Positions 37,395 to 47,251 of a DNA stretch of 64,000 nt are shown here, one piece after another. The notes beneath the pieces are model-generated. The model was given only the letters and a program-made list of their open reading frames with translations. It was not told where the DNA came from and did no database searches. Within the stretch, counting starts at the first letter, position 1, and each line of letters opens with the position of its first letter. Made by a program: the position numbers and the translations under genes. Origin of the DNA: an uncultured delta proteobacterium (GTDB taxonomy: Bacteria > Myxococcota > Myxococcia > Myxococcales > Myxococcaceae). The stretch spans positions 1,056,001 to 1,120,000 of the forward strand of contig CAVQKE010000003.1 in assembly GCA_963713045.1 (NCBI GenBank), written 5' to 3'.

Positions 37395-38413
37395 CGGGCG
37401 AGGCGCTCAAGGGCCCAGCGCGCCGCCTCCTGCACGGTGGCACTGGCGTCGGCGCACAGCGCTTCCAGCACCGGGCGCGCGTTGCTGTCCCGCGCCGCGC
37501 CGAGCGCATAGGCGGCATTGCGCCGCAGGCCGTCGAAGCCGGCGCGCGCCAGCGCCGTGCCGGGCACCAAGGCGTCGTATTCAGCGCGGCTGAGCGCCGC
37601 CAGCGCACGCACGTCCAACGCCGCCACCGGCCGCGGCTGAAAGCGCGCGTTGGACGTCGCGACCGGGTTTGCGTTCAGCGGGCACACGGACTGGCAGACG
37701 TCACAGCCAAACACGGTGCCCTCGAAGGCCGAACGCAGCGCCACGGGCACACTCTCGGCGTTCTCGATGGTTTGGTACGAGAGGCAAGCTCGGGCGTCCA
37801 CCCGGCCCAAGCCATCCAGCGCGGCGGTCGGGCAGGCGTCGACGCACAGCCGGCAGCGTCCGCAGCGGTCCAGTCCCGGGCCGGCCCCATAGGCCTCGGC
37901 TTCGACGGCCCAGTCGAGCACCAACACCGCCAGCACCACCCAGGAGCCGTACTCCTCGGTCACCAGGCAGCCGTTGCGAGCGACGTAGCCGAGGCCTGCG
38001 CGCGCGGCCCAAACCTTCTCCATAAACGGGCCATGGTCCACTGAACCGTAGTCGGCCACCCCTGGAAATTCCTCGCGTAGCCCTCGGCGCAGGGCGCGCA
38101 GCCGGTCCTGCAGGGTGGCGTGGTAGTCGCGTCCGCGGGCATAGCTGGCCACCGGAGAGCCGTCTTGAAACGGCGCCTCGATGAAGTAGTTGCAAGCCAG
38201 GGCCACCACCGTCTGGGCGCCAGGAAGCAGTCGGCGCGGGTCCAGCCGGTCGGCGGCGCGCTCCGCCATCCAGTCCATGTCCGCCGCCATGCCCGCTTCC
38301 AGCCAATCGAAGAGGGTCCGCTCGGGAAGGGCCTCGGCCCGGGCGAAGCCCACCAAGTCAAAACCGGTGGCGAGCGCCAGCCGCCGCACGCCGGACGCTG
38401 GGAGGACACTCAC
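37391..38413 (-). CDS. queG: Epoxyqueuosine reductase
   Basis: YARGRDYH, EKVWAARAGLG, CGRCRLCVDACPT, CLSYQTIE, GCDVCQSVCP. Confidence 0.95.
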   Translation of the reverse strand: MSVLPASGVRRLALATGFDLVGFARAEALPERTLFDWLEAGMAADMDWMAERAADRLDPRRLLPGAQTVVALACNYFIEAPFQDGSPVASYARGRDYHATLQDRLRALRRGLREEFPGVADYGSVDHGPFMEKVWAARAGLGYVARNGCLVTEEYGSWVVLAVLVLDWAVEAEAYGAGPGLDRCGRCRLCVDACPTAALDGLGRVDARACLSYQTIENAESVPVALRSAFEGTVFGCDVCQSVCPLNANPVATSNARFQPRPVAALDVRALAALSRAEYDALVPGTALARAGFDGLRRNAAYALGAARDSNARPVLEALCADASATVQEAARWALERLAR

Positions 38414-38429
38414 GGCCTCGTCCGGCGCC

Positions 38430-38984
38430 TCACGTTGGCTTCTCCGGCACCCACTTCACGTCCTGCACGCCGGCCCGGTGGTTGACCGCGCGGGCCAGGA
38501 CGAAGAGCAAGTCCGAGAGCCGATTGAGATATTGCAGCACCTGGCCGTCGACGGTGCCGTTGCGCACCAGCGGCACCACCGAGCGCTCGGCCCGGCGGCA
38601 CACCGTGCGCGCCAAGTGCAAGCCGGCGGAGCCGGGCGAGCCCCCGGGAAGAATGAAGTGCGTCATCTTCGGCAGCTCGACGTCCAGCGCGTCCATTGCC
38701 GATTCCATCTCGACCACCCACTCGGCCTTCACGTGAGGAATGTGGGCGTCGGCCTTGCTTTCCTTCGGGGTGGCGAGGACCGCCCCGACAGTGAAGAGTT
38801 GCTGCTGAAGCCTCTGGCACACTTCGTCCAAGGCGCCCAGCCCCGCCGCCCGGGCCACGCCGAGGGTGGCGTTCAGTTCGTCCAGGTCGCCGTAGGCCGC
38901 CACCCGCGGGCTGTCTTTGCTGACACGGCCTCCGCCGAAGAGGCCGGTTTCACCGCCGTCGCCAGTCTTCGTGTAAATCTTCAC
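38430..38984 (-). CDS. PduO-type cob(I)alamin adenosyltransferase
   Basis: KIYTKTGDGGET, DELN, FILPGG, RTVCRRAER, YLNRLSDLLF. Confidence 0.95.
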   Translation of the reverse strand: MKIYTKTGDGGETGLFGGGRVSKDSPRVAAYGDLDELNATLGVARAAGLGALDEVCQRLQQQLFTVGAVLATPKESKADAHIPHVKAEWVVEMESAMDALDVELPKMTHFILPGGSPGSAGLHLARTVCRRAERSVVPLVRNGTVDGQVLQYLNRLSDLLFVLARAVNHRAGVQDVKWVPEKPT

Positions 38985-39023
38985 GCTCCGCTCCTCTAGC
39001 AGGCCTCAGCAGCGAAAGGCACC

Positions 39024-39917
39024 ATGGTTCCCCTTCCGGCGGCGCGGCGACCGAGCGGCCCGCTCCTCATTCTCGCTGCCGCCGCGCTGTGGAGTACCGC
39101 CGGCGCCGCCATCAAACTGTGCGGCCTCAACGCCTGGCAAATCTCCCTCGGCCGTTCGCTGGTGGCCGCCTGGGTGCTGTGGCTGCTGTTACCCGGAGCG
39201 CGGGCGCGCCCCACCCGGCGCACCTGGGGGGTGGCCGCGGCCTACGCCGTGACGGTGGTGCTGTTCACCGTTGCCAACAAGCTCACCACGTCCGCCAACG
39301 CCATTTTCCTTCAGGACACGGCGCCTCTGTACGTGCTTCTGCTGAGCCCGCTGCTGCTGGGCGAGCGGCCGTCACGCTCGGAGCTCTGGTCGGTTCCCCT
39401 CTTCCTGGTGGGCTTGGGCCTCTTCTTTCGGGACCAGCTGACCCCAGGGCAGCTCTCCGGAAATCTCATCGCGCTGGCCAGCGGCGTCTCGTTTGCACTG
39501 TGCATTCTCGGGCTGCGGCGGCTGGCCGGGGGCAACGCCCCGGCACTGGTCCTCGGAAATCTGCTGGCCACGGCGGCCTCGCTGCCGGGCGCCGTCGGTG
39601 GGCCGGCCGTCACCGCGACCGACTTGGCCATTGTCCTATTTCTCGGCGTCTTCCAACTCGGGCTTTCCTACGCCCTCTTCGCCCGGGGCCTGCGCTCCAC
39701 GCCCGCCACCGAAGCCTCGCTGCTGGCGCTGCTCGAGCCGGTGCTGAACCCGGTGTGGACCTTCCTCTTGGCCGGCGAGCGCCCGGGGCCTTGGGCCCTC
39801 GTCGGCGGTGGCCTGGTGCTGCTCGGCACGCTGTGGCGCACCCTTGCCCCGTGGGTGGAGGCGCGCCTGTCCAACGGCGGCTCCCCCACCGCCGGGACCT
39901 CCTCCGGCGGCTACTAG
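39024..39917 (+). CDS. DMT/EamA family transporter
   Basis: LWSTAG, ANAIFLQDTAP, LLEPVLNPVW. Confidence 0.88.
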   Translation: MVPLPAARRPSGPLLILAAAALWSTAGAAIKLCGLNAWQISLGRSLVAAWVLWLLLPGARARPTRRTWGVAAAYAVTVVLFTVANKLTTSANAIFLQDTAPLYVLLLSPLLLGERPSRSELWSVPLFLVGLGLFFRDQLTPGQLSGNLIALASGVSFALCILGLRRLAGGNAPALVLGNLLATAASLPGAVGGPAVTATDLAIVLFLGVFQLGLSYALFARGLRSTPATEASLLALLEPVLNPVWTFLLAGERPGPWALVGGGLVLLGTLWRTLAPWVEARLSNGGSPTAGTSSGGY

Positions 39918-39990
39918 CGCTTCCTTCGGTTGGGGGGGAAGGCGCAGGCCCTGGGCGTCGCGCAGACAGGATGGAAGGGACAGCGAGGGG

Positions 39991-40352
39991 CTACAGGCGG
40001 GTCGGGCAGAGCTCGTTCGGTGGGTTGTTGCAGCAGGCGAGCACCTCTTTGCTCCTGCTCAACGTGACGGTGGTCGCCGTGTTGGAGTCCTGACCACCGT
40101 TGGCCGCCATGGCGCCGTCCGTGCCGAGCCAGGAGGCCCAAGTCAAGCCGGCGTTGGCGGTGGCCTCCAAGCTGACGACGGTGCCAGCGTCGAAGCCGTA
40201 GGTGCCGGTGGCGGTGAGCCCACGGTGACGCGGCACCAGTCCAGGTCGCTGACCACGGACAGCAGGTAGCTGGACGCCGGGGCGGTCCCGGAGGAGATGC
40301 TGCCGCTGCACGCCACCACCACGAAGAGGGCCGCCGTCAGCAGCCTCTTCAT
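39991..40352 (-). CDS. Small lipoprotein with InlB-B-repeat-like domain; one base missing near 40219-40221
   Basis: MKRLLTAALFVVVAC lipobox in one frame; GTYGFDAGTVVSLEATANAGLTWASW...CCNN..C in the next frame. Confidence 0.6.
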
Positions 40353-40509
40353 GTCTGGACTCCAGTCAGCGGCACCCTTCTTTTGCGATGGCCTCCTCAA
40401 GGCGACCCCAGAGAGCATCGCATGTCGGGCCGCGGCCGGCCTTGGGCTGGCGGCGAAGGCTGGTGCCTGGCCGTGAGGCAGAAACCCCGCGGGGGCCTTC
40501 TTTTTTGTC

Positions 40510-41511
40510 CTAAAGCCCGTAGCGGGCCCCAAAGACGAAGACGACGTCGTTGGCGATGCCGTTGACGACGGGGTTCTCGGTAATGCCGAGCCAGAATTCC
40601 CAGTCCGAGTGGGTGCGAAACATCCAGCCGAAGTCGAGCGAGCCGTCGCCGATGTCCAGCGGTGGGTCGTAGGTGTGGTGGTAGATGGGCGACTGCAGGA
40701 AAAAGTTGGCGTAGAGGAAGTTGCGCTCGCTCAGCCGGGCCTTCAGTCCCAAGGACAGGGATTCGAAAACCACGTTTTGGTACGGCTCGAGAAGGCCGCC
40801 CCCGGCCTTGGGCGTGGCGCCCACACCCAAGGTGGCTTGAAGCTGAAGCCAAGACCAGAGAAAGGGCGTCTGGTAGGTGAGCATGGCACCGAACTGCACA
40901 GTGTGCGCCGCGTAGCCGCTCACCCAGGCCGTCGGCAGCACCACCACGCCGAGCAGCTGCAGGTTGGGGCCCAGCATCCACCCCACCCCAAGGGTGGTGT
41001 CGAGCAGCGTCAGCCCGACCGGCTTGAAGGTTTGCCGCTCCGTTCCCACCTGGAAGTAATAGCCGAATTTGTTGATGGGCCGCATCGCCCGCGCCGGGTA
41101 GGGAATGCCAAACAGGCCGTGGTACCAGTTGAGGAATTGGTCCATGAAGCCGGCGTACGCCCCCTGAACGCCTCCCATCGCGAGCAGGAAGAGGCTGGGC
41201 GAGAGCTTCAGGGTGAATGCGAAGTCGAGGTGCCCAATCTCAGCGTCCAGCAGCACCGAGTTGTGGCTGTTGTAGAGGAGGATGGCACTCGCGTAGTCCA
41301 AGCGCGCTGAGACGGCGAAGCAGCCCTTGGGCATGAGCAGCGGCGGGGCAAACAACGCGCTCCGCTCGTATTCGAGCGGGACGGTGGTGGTGTAGAGGGG
41401 CTGCCCGGGAAAGTCCGCCCAGGCCTCCCACGCGGAGTCTGCTGGCGAGGCCTCAGCCGCCGCGCCAGACGTCGCCGCAAGAAGAAGAAGGAAAAGGTGG
41501 GGGAGCGGCAT
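40510..41511 (-). CDS. DUF3187-like exported/outer-membrane protein
   Basis: Signal peptide; GFMDQFLNWYHGLFGIP; amphipathic strands; aromatic-rich C-terminus. Confidence 0.65.
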   Translation of the reverse strand: MPLPHLFLLLLAATSGAAAEASPADSAWEAWADFPGQPLYTTTVPLEYERSALFAPPLLMPKGCFAVSARLDYASAILLYNSHNSVLLDAEIGHLDFAFTLKLSPSLFLLAMGGVQGAYAGFMDQFLNWYHGLFGIPYPARAMRPINKFGYYFQVGTERQTFKPVGLTLLDTTLGVGWMLGPNLQLLGVVVLPTAWVSGYAAHTVQFGAMLTYQTPFLWSWLQLQATLGVGATPKAGGGLLEPYQNVVFESLSLGLKARLSERNFLYANFFLQSPIYHHTYDPPLDIGDGSLDFGWMFRTHSDWEFWLGITENPVVNGIANDVVFVFGARYGL

Positions 41512-41541
41512 TCGCCCTAGAAAGGGAACGGCCGGCGCACT

Positions 41542-43116
41542 CTAGAGGAGACGCTGAAACTCCCGAAGCTCCATTCGCCAAACCGGCAGGCCGCAGAAGC
41601 GCGACCCCTCTGGACAAAACGGGGTGACAGAAGCCTCCCGGCGAAGCGTGCAAGGCGGCGCCAGGTGTCGGGCGATGAGCGGATGGACGGCTGCCAGCTG
41701 CTCCACTTCCTGCAGCGAGGCGCGCCAAATCTCCTCCTGTGCCGTGTAGCACAGTCGGTGCACCCACTTGTGGTGGAAGTGCAGCAGTTCCCCCGACTCG
41801 AGAAAGCGGATGGGGAAGGCGTTGGGGAGGAGGTACAGCGCCGCTTCGGTCGGCACCCCCGCGTCGAGCAGCCCTTCGATGGCTCGCCACGACGTCTGGG
41901 CGGTCGCGAAAAAGAGGTCCAAGGCCTCTGGCACCTCGGCCAGAAGGGCGGGCACCACCACGTCCGGCTCGCCAGGGAGGAATTGCGCGGCCAGCACCGG
42001 GCGGCTTCCGGGCGTCATGCGGTGGCGCTGGTCCTGGCTGTCGGCGGTGTGGCTCAGCTTCTTCTGGAAGGTGTAGCTGGCATGGGCCAGCGCCCGCGTC
42101 AGCTTGCCGTGGGTGGTGAGGACCAGCGCCTCAGAGAGGTAGGGGTTGTGCTTGGGGGAGAGCACCCTCTCCAGGGCGTCGGCATCCGAGAGGGCTTCGC
42201 GGGGCAAGCCGAGGACGCTGCGGACGCCCTGGGCCACCGCCTCCTGCGCGCGGGCGCCATAGTCCACCAAGAGACTCACCCGGCCCCCAAGGGCTTGGTC
42301 GAATTCGCTGCGGTGCAGGCGCGCTGCCCCACTGCCCACCCCCAGCGCGCGGTCCGCCAGCGTCCGGGCCTCGTGCGTCTCTTCGAGAGGCACGCTGTCC
42401 TCGACGTCCCGGAAGAAGAGGGGGTCCACCTTCTCCACCTCCGCCACCATCGCGTCCACCAACAGGCGCGTCTCGCTGGGGACGTCCGAGGCATTCACCA
42501 AGCGGTGGTAGCGGTGCAGGGTGAGGCCCGAGACGGTGTGGTACAGGTGGGCGAAGGTGCCAATGGGCAGCACGTACCGCGCCACCTCCTGCACCCGCTT
42601 CTGCAGCGTACTGGCCCACTTCTCTGCTGTGCGCCGACGGGCCGGGAAAATCCGGTAAAATTCCTCGGCCGCCCGCGGAAGCAGCAGCGTGGAGAGGCGG
42701 CTGTAGGCCTGCATCTGCGTCTGGACGGTGCTTCGGTAAAGCGCCTCCTCGGCTTCCGGCAGCACCGGCACCAGCACGCGGTCCGGCTTGACGGCCACAT
42801 AGCGTTGGCTGACTTGCTCTGAGTTGTAGAAGGGGTGGGCGTGCAGAAAGCTCCAGATGCACTGCCGACTCACGTTTTCCAGGGCAAACTGGAAAGTCGC
42901 GTGCTGCAGCGTGGTGTGGTGGCCCGCTTGGTACGTCTCTCGGGCGATGCGGTCCCGCAGTGCCCGGGACTTCTCGTCGCGCCGGACGTCTTCCGGCGTC
43001 ACCACCCGCGGCGCGTAGCAGGTGCGGGCGGTGGCCACGGCATTGTCGAAGGCTTCGACAAAGCCGTTGGTCAGCCGGGCAGTGGGCAGGGGCGAGCGGA
43101 AAGCCAAAGGCGGCAT
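41542..43116 (-). CDS. thyX: Tandem-domain FAD-dependent thymidylate synthase (ThyX/Thy1)
   Basis: Domain 1 HTTLQH...VSR...EQVSQRY...ARYVLP; domain 2 HASYTF...DQRHR...YLLPNA...RLCYTAQEEI. Confidence 0.8.
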   Translation of the reverse strand: MPPLAFRSPLPTARLTNGFVEAFDNAVATARTCYAPRVVTPEDVRRDEKSRALRDRIARETYQAGHHTTLQHATFQFALENVSRQCIWSFLHAHPFYNSEQVSQRYVAVKPDRVLVPVLPEAEEALYRSTVQTQMQAYSRLSTLLLPRAAEEFYRIFPARRRTAEKWASTLQKRVQEVARYVLPIGTFAHLYHTVSGLTLHRYHRLVNASDVPSETRLLVDAMVAEVEKVDPLFFRDVEDSVPLEETHEARTLADRALGVGSGAARLHRSEFDQALGGRVSLLVDYGARAQEAVAQGVRSVLGLPREALSDADALERVLSPKHNPYLSEALVLTTHGKLTRALAHASYTFQKKLSHTADSQDQRHRMTPGSRPVLAAQFLPGEPDVVVPALLAEVPEALDLFFATAQTSWRAIEGLLDAGVPTEAALYLLPNAFPIRFLESGELLHFHHKWVHRLCYTAQEEIWRASLQEVEQLAAVHPLIARHLAPPCTLRREASVTPFCPEGSRFCGLPVWRMELREFQRLL

Positions 43117-43212
43117 GGGGCGCACCCTCTCTACAATGTCCACCCCACCCCCGGGCCGCCCCGCGGGGGACGCCTGGCCCCGAAGCAAAGTCCATCGCCT
43201 GGTGCTACAATC

Positions 43213-43231
43213 GAAACCGCTTCTCATTCTC
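43213..43231. promoter_or_regulatory. Fur-box-like site upstream of FTR1 permease
   Basis: Reverse strand GAGAATGAGAAGCGGTTTC matches 13/19 of GATAATGATAATCATTATC, within an AT-rich patch. Confidence 0.55.
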
Positions 43232-43289
43232 AAAATTAACACCGACAGGAGCCGGTTTCCCGGGGGTGCCCCCCCGGGCATTGCCCAGC

Positions 43290-45146
43290 ATGCGTCCCCT
43301 CTGCCTCAGCCTGTTGGTGCTTGTGGCCACGGGCCCGGCGCTCGCCCTGGCCGGGACGCCTTCCCCCTCGGCTGCCAGCTGGCAGCGCGTGGTGGGGCTT
43401 CTGCAATACCTCTCCTCGGACTACCCGGCGGCGGTGAAGTCGGCGGACCCCGCAGAGTTGGCCGAGCAGCGGGCGTTGGTGACGGACGCCGAGGCGGCCC
43501 TTGAGGAGTTGAACGCCGAGGGCCAGCCCTTCCGGCCTCAGTTGGACGCCATCGCCGCCCGCATTGCGGCGGGGACGGACGCTGCGGGCGTGGCCCGGGA
43601 CTGCCAGGCCCTGGTGGACGCGCTGGCGCGGGCCGGGGGGCTGCAGCGCAGCCCGCGCAGTGCGCCGGACATGCAGCAGGCGGCGCAGCTGTACCGGGAG
43701 GGCTGCGCGGCCTGCCACGCGACAGACGGCAGCGGCGACACCCCCGTCGCCGCCGGCCTGGTACCGCCGCCGGCGGACCTCCGCGCTGGCAGAATGGACA
43801 GCTTCACCCCCTACCGCGCCTTCAACGTCCTGTCCCTGGGCGTCCAGGGCACCGCCATGCCTTCGTATGAGGGCCTCAGCGAGGAGGAGCGCTGGGCGCT
43901 GGCCTTCTACGTGTTGACGCTTCGCCAGCCAGTCTGCACCCACACCCCACCCCGTGCCGCGCTCGAGCTTTTGGCCAACTCCACCGACGCGCAGCTGGCG
44001 AAGCAATTTGGCGCGAGCGAGGTGCCTTGCCTGCGTCGCCTTCTGCCAAGGCAGGACGTTGCAGCGGCGGTGGCCGCCAGCCTGGACGGCATCCAGCGGG
44101 CCCGCCGCCTGGGTGCCTCCGGAGACTTCACCGCCGCCCGCCAGGCGCTGGTGGACACCTACCTCTTCGCCTTCGAGCCGGTGGAGCCCGCCCTGCGCGC
44201 GCGGCACCCGACCCTCGTCCAGCGCTTCGAGGAAGGCTTCCTCCGCGCCCGCGCCTACGCCGAGCACCGGGACGGGCGTTTTCTCGGCGAAGTGGACGCC
44301 CTCAGTGGCCTTCTGGAGGACGCAGCCCAGGCGCCTTCCGGCGCCCCGGAGGCCACCACCGTCTTCTGGCTGGCCCTGTTGGTGGTGGTGCGCGAGGGCT
44401 TCGAGGTGGTCATCGTCATCGCCGCCCTCTTGGCGGTGCTGAAGAAAGTGGGGCAGCTGGACAAGGCCCGCCTGGTGCACGCCGGCTGGGTGCTGGCGCT
44501 GGTGGCCGGTGCGCTGTGCTTCGCCTTCGGCCGCACGCTTCTGGCCGGCGTCAATCGCGAGGTGATGGAGGGGGTGGCCGGACTTTTGGCCAGCGCGATG
44601 CTGGTCTACGCCGCGCTGTGGCTCAACGCCAAAAGCAACCTGCGCCGCTACATGGGGGAGTTGAAGGGGCGCATGCAAGGCGCGCTCGGCCGGAGCAGCG
44701 GCTTCGGGCTCTTCACCATTTCCTTCACCGCCCTCTTCCGAGAAAGCTTCGAGACCGCCGTCTTCCTCGAGGGGCTGTCCATTGACTCTCCGCGCGGCGC
44801 GCTTCTGGGGGCCGCCGCTGGGCTGGCCATCATGGCAGCCCTGGTGCTGCTCATCCGCCGGGTGGGGTACGTGCTGCCGATGAAGCCCCTCTTCACCTTC
44901 TCCACCTGGGTGCTGTACGGCACCGCGGTGGCGCTGCTCGGCCAAGGGTTGCACGCCTTCCAGGAAACCGGTTTGCTTCCCGTCGTCCCCGTGCGCGGCC
45001 CGCGGCTGGACCTCCTCGGCCTTTACCCGGATGCCCTCACCCTGCTGCCGCAGCTCGCCCTCCTCCTCGTCCCGTTGGGCCTGTGGTGGTGGCGCCACCG
45101 GGGTGACACCTCGGCCGGGACCCTCGAGCGTCCACGGCAGGCCTAG
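43290..45146 (+). CDS. Cytochrome c-FTR1 (PbrT/EfeU-type) high-affinity iron permease
   Basis: Signal peptide; YLSSDY; CAACH heme motif; REGFE and RESFE motifs in the TM region. Confidence 0.92.
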   Translation: MRPLCLSLLVLVATGPALALAGTPSPSAASWQRVVGLLQYLSSDYPAAVKSADPAELAEQRALVTDAEAALEELNAEGQPFRPQLDAIAARIAAGTDAAGVARDCQALVDALARAGGLQRSPRSAPDMQQAAQLYREGCAACHATDGSGDTPVAAGLVPPPADLRAGRMDSFTPYRAFNVLSLGVQGTAMPSYEGLSEEERWALAFYVLTLRQPVCTHTPPRAALELLANSTDAQLAKQFGASEVPCLRRLLPRQDVAAAVAASLDGIQRARRLGASGDFTAARQALVDTYLFAFEPVEPALRARHPTLVQRFEEGFLRARAYAEHRDGRFLGEVDALSGLLEDAAQAPSGAPEATTVFWLALLVVVREGFEVVIVIAALLAVLKKVGQLDKARLVHAGWVLALVAGALCFAFGRTLLAGVNREVMEGVAGLLASAMLVYAALWLNAKSNLRRYMGELKGRMQGALGRSSGFGLFTISFTALFRESFETAVFLEGLSIDSPRGALLGAAAGLAIMAALVLLIRRVGYVLPMKPLFTFSTWVLYGTAVALLGQGLHAFQETGLLPVVPVRGPRLDLLGLYPDALTLLPQLALLLVPLGLWWWRHRGDTSAGTLERPRQA

Positions 45147-45173
45147 CGCGCGCAGGCCAAGGGCCCGGGCGCG

Positions 45174-46625
45174 ATGAGCGAGTCCAGTGGCCTGCTTCAG
45201 CGAGCCCAGGCAGCCATGCTGGCCCGCGGCTTCCTCCCGGACTTTGCGCCCGAGGTGCTGGCCGAGCTCGCCCGCGTGCTGGCCGCGCCCCCTGCGGCGT
45301 CGCCGGCGGAGGACTTGCGGGGGCTGCTCTGGTCCTCCATTGACAACGACGACTCGCTTGACCTCGACCAGATTGAAGTGGCCGAGGACGTGGGCGACGG
45401 CACCATCCGCCTCAAAGTCGCCATCGCCGACGTCGATGGCAGCGTCCGGCAAGGCGGGGCTCTGGACGCGCACGCCGCCCACAACACCACCTCGGTGTAC
45501 GCCGGGGTCACCGTCTTCACCATGCTGCCGCAGCCCCTCAGCTACCAGGGCACCTCGCTGAAACAGGACGCGGACCGCCCGGCACTGGTCATCTCATTTC
45601 GGGTGCATCCGGACGGCACGCTCGACGAGGAGGGGGTGGCACGGGCGGTGGTGCGCAACAAGGCCAAGCTCGCCTACTCCGGGCTGGCCGAGTGGCTTTC
45701 CGGAAAGGCCAGCGTGCCCAGCCGGGTGCTGGCCCTTTCGGGCCTGCAGCAGCAGCTGCAGCTTCAAAACCGCGCCACCTTGGCCCTGCGCGCCCGCCGC
45801 GTCGAGCAAGGCGCCCTGGACTTGGACACCCTGGAGGCGAGGCCGGTGATGGCCAATGGCCAGGTGGTGGACCTGGTGCTTCAGCCGGACAGCCGCTCGC
45901 GGCAGCTGATTGAAGACTTGATGGTGGCCAGCAACGGCGTCATGGCGCGCTTCCTCGCCGGGCACCAGCGCTCCTCCATTGCCCGGGTGGTGAGAGTGCC
46001 CAAGCGCTGGGAGCGAATTGTCGAGCTCGCCAAGGGCCTCGGGACAACGCTTCCGTCGACGCCCGACTCGGCCGCGTTGGAACGCTTTCTCCTCAGCCAG
46101 AAGGCCTCGGACGCGCTGCACTTCCCGGACCTGTCGTTGGCCGTGGTGAAGCTGCTCGGGCCCGGAGAATATGACTTGCAACGCGCTGGCGCGCCGCGCC
46201 TCGGCCACTTCGGCCTGGCCGTCGGGGACTACACCCACTCCACCGCGCCCAACCGCCGGTTTGCAGACCTCGTCATCCAGCGCTTGGTGAAGGCGGTGCT
46301 CGACCCCGGGGTGACGCCCTACACCGACGCGGAACTGCAGGCGGTGGCCGCTCGCTGCACACAGATGGAGGATGGCGCACGGCGCGTGGAGCGCTTGGTG
46401 CGGAAAATGGCCGCGGCCGAGCTGCTTCGTCGGCGCGTCGGCCAAGTGTTTGACGGCATTGTCACCGGCGTCACGGACAAGGGCACTTTTGCCCGGCTGC
46501 TGCAGCCGCCGGCCGAGGGCCGGGTGGTGCGGGGCGAGCAGGGCTTGGACGTCGGCGACATGGTGCGGCTCAAGCTTCTGGCCACCGACCCGGTGCGCGG
46601 CTTCATCGACTTTGCTCGGGCCTAA
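45174..46625 (+). CDS. RNB-domain (RNase II/R family) ribonuclease
   Basis: SIDNDDSLDLDQ, VAIADV, LIEDLMVASN, HFGLA..YTHSTAPNRRFADL, C-terminal S1. Confidence 0.9.
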   Translation: MSESSGLLQRAQAAMLARGFLPDFAPEVLAELARVLAAPPAASPAEDLRGLLWSSIDNDDSLDLDQIEVAEDVGDGTIRLKVAIADVDGSVRQGGALDAHAAHNTTSVYAGVTVFTMLPQPLSYQGTSLKQDADRPALVISFRVHPDGTLDEEGVARAVVRNKAKLAYSGLAEWLSGKASVPSRVLALSGLQQQLQLQNRATLALRARRVEQGALDLDTLEARPVMANGQVVDLVLQPDSRSRQLIEDLMVASNGVMARFLAGHQRSSIARVVRVPKRWERIVELAKGLGTTLPSTPDSAALERFLLSQKASDALHFPDLSLAVVKLLGPGEYDLQRAGAPRLGHFGLAVGDYTHSTAPNRRFADLVIQRLVKAVLDPGVTPYTDAELQAVAARCTQMEDGARRVERLVRKMAAAELLRRRVGQVFDGIVTGVTDKGTFARLLQPPAEGRVVRGEQGLDVGDMVRLKLLATDPVRGFIDFARA

Positions 46626-47128
46626 CCCGCCCGCGCCATCACCCAGTCCGTCTGGACGTCCGCGCCCACCTGGCAGGGCTGCTCGCCCACCCGGACAAAC
46701 CCCTGCTTCTGGTAGAAGCGAATGGCCCGGTCGTTGTGCTCCCATACCCCGAGCCAGACGTCGTCGCGTCCCTGCTGCCGCGCCAGCTGCAGGACGGCCT
46801 CCATCAGGGCTTGCGCGGCGCCGGAACCGTGCCAGGCGGCCTCCACGTAGAAGCGGGAGATTTGCAGTGGCCGGCTCCCGCGCGCGGTGGGGGGCCCTTT
46901 TGCAAGCTTGGCGTAAGCCACCGGGGCGCCTTGGGCCGACAGCAGTAGGAAGTGCACCGAGGCGTCTTGCAGCTCCGCGCGCTGCAGCGCCGGGCCGAAG
47001 GTGCTCTTCAGGTAGGCGGCCATGTCCTCCGGGGTGTTGTCCTTGGCAAACGTCTCGACAAAAATCCGCCGGCCGAGGTCGGCCAGGGTCTCCGCATCCT
47101 CGAGGGTGGCCGGCCGGATGGTGAACAA
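46622..47128 (-). CDS. GNAT acetyltransferase (PaiA-like)
   Basis: IRPAT, ISRFYV...HGSG, WLGVWEHNDRAIRFY; TTG start inferred. Confidence 0.88.
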   Translation of the reverse strand: MFTIRPATLEDAETLADLGRRIFVETFAKDNTPEDMAAYLKSTFGPALQRAELQDASVHFLLLSAQGAPVAYAKLAKGPPTARGSRPLQISRFYVEAAWHGSGAAQALMEAVLQLARQQGRDDVWLGVWEHNDRAIRFYQKQGFVRVGEQPCQVGADVQTDWVMARAG

Positions 47129-47251
47129 GAAAAAAACCTCGACGAAGGGCGAAGGCTTGGGGGAAGGGGCTGGCGGCGGCGCGCCCCGGGGCCCCACAAG
47201 GTTGGCCTGGAGCCGGTGGGGGCCGCAAGGCACTTTTCGGGGGGGCCCGCC

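Noticed and set aside
35602..37608. 668-aa ORF suggesting a large YihY fusion (likewise the 654-aa 5787..7751 and 556-aa 24728..26398 ORFs)
   Set aside because: The N-terminal extensions are off-frame reads through the upstream genes; internal starts explain the proteins
40483..40508. Hairpin plus T-run resembling a terminator
   Set aside because: Short stem, and oriented for the plus strand where no gene ends
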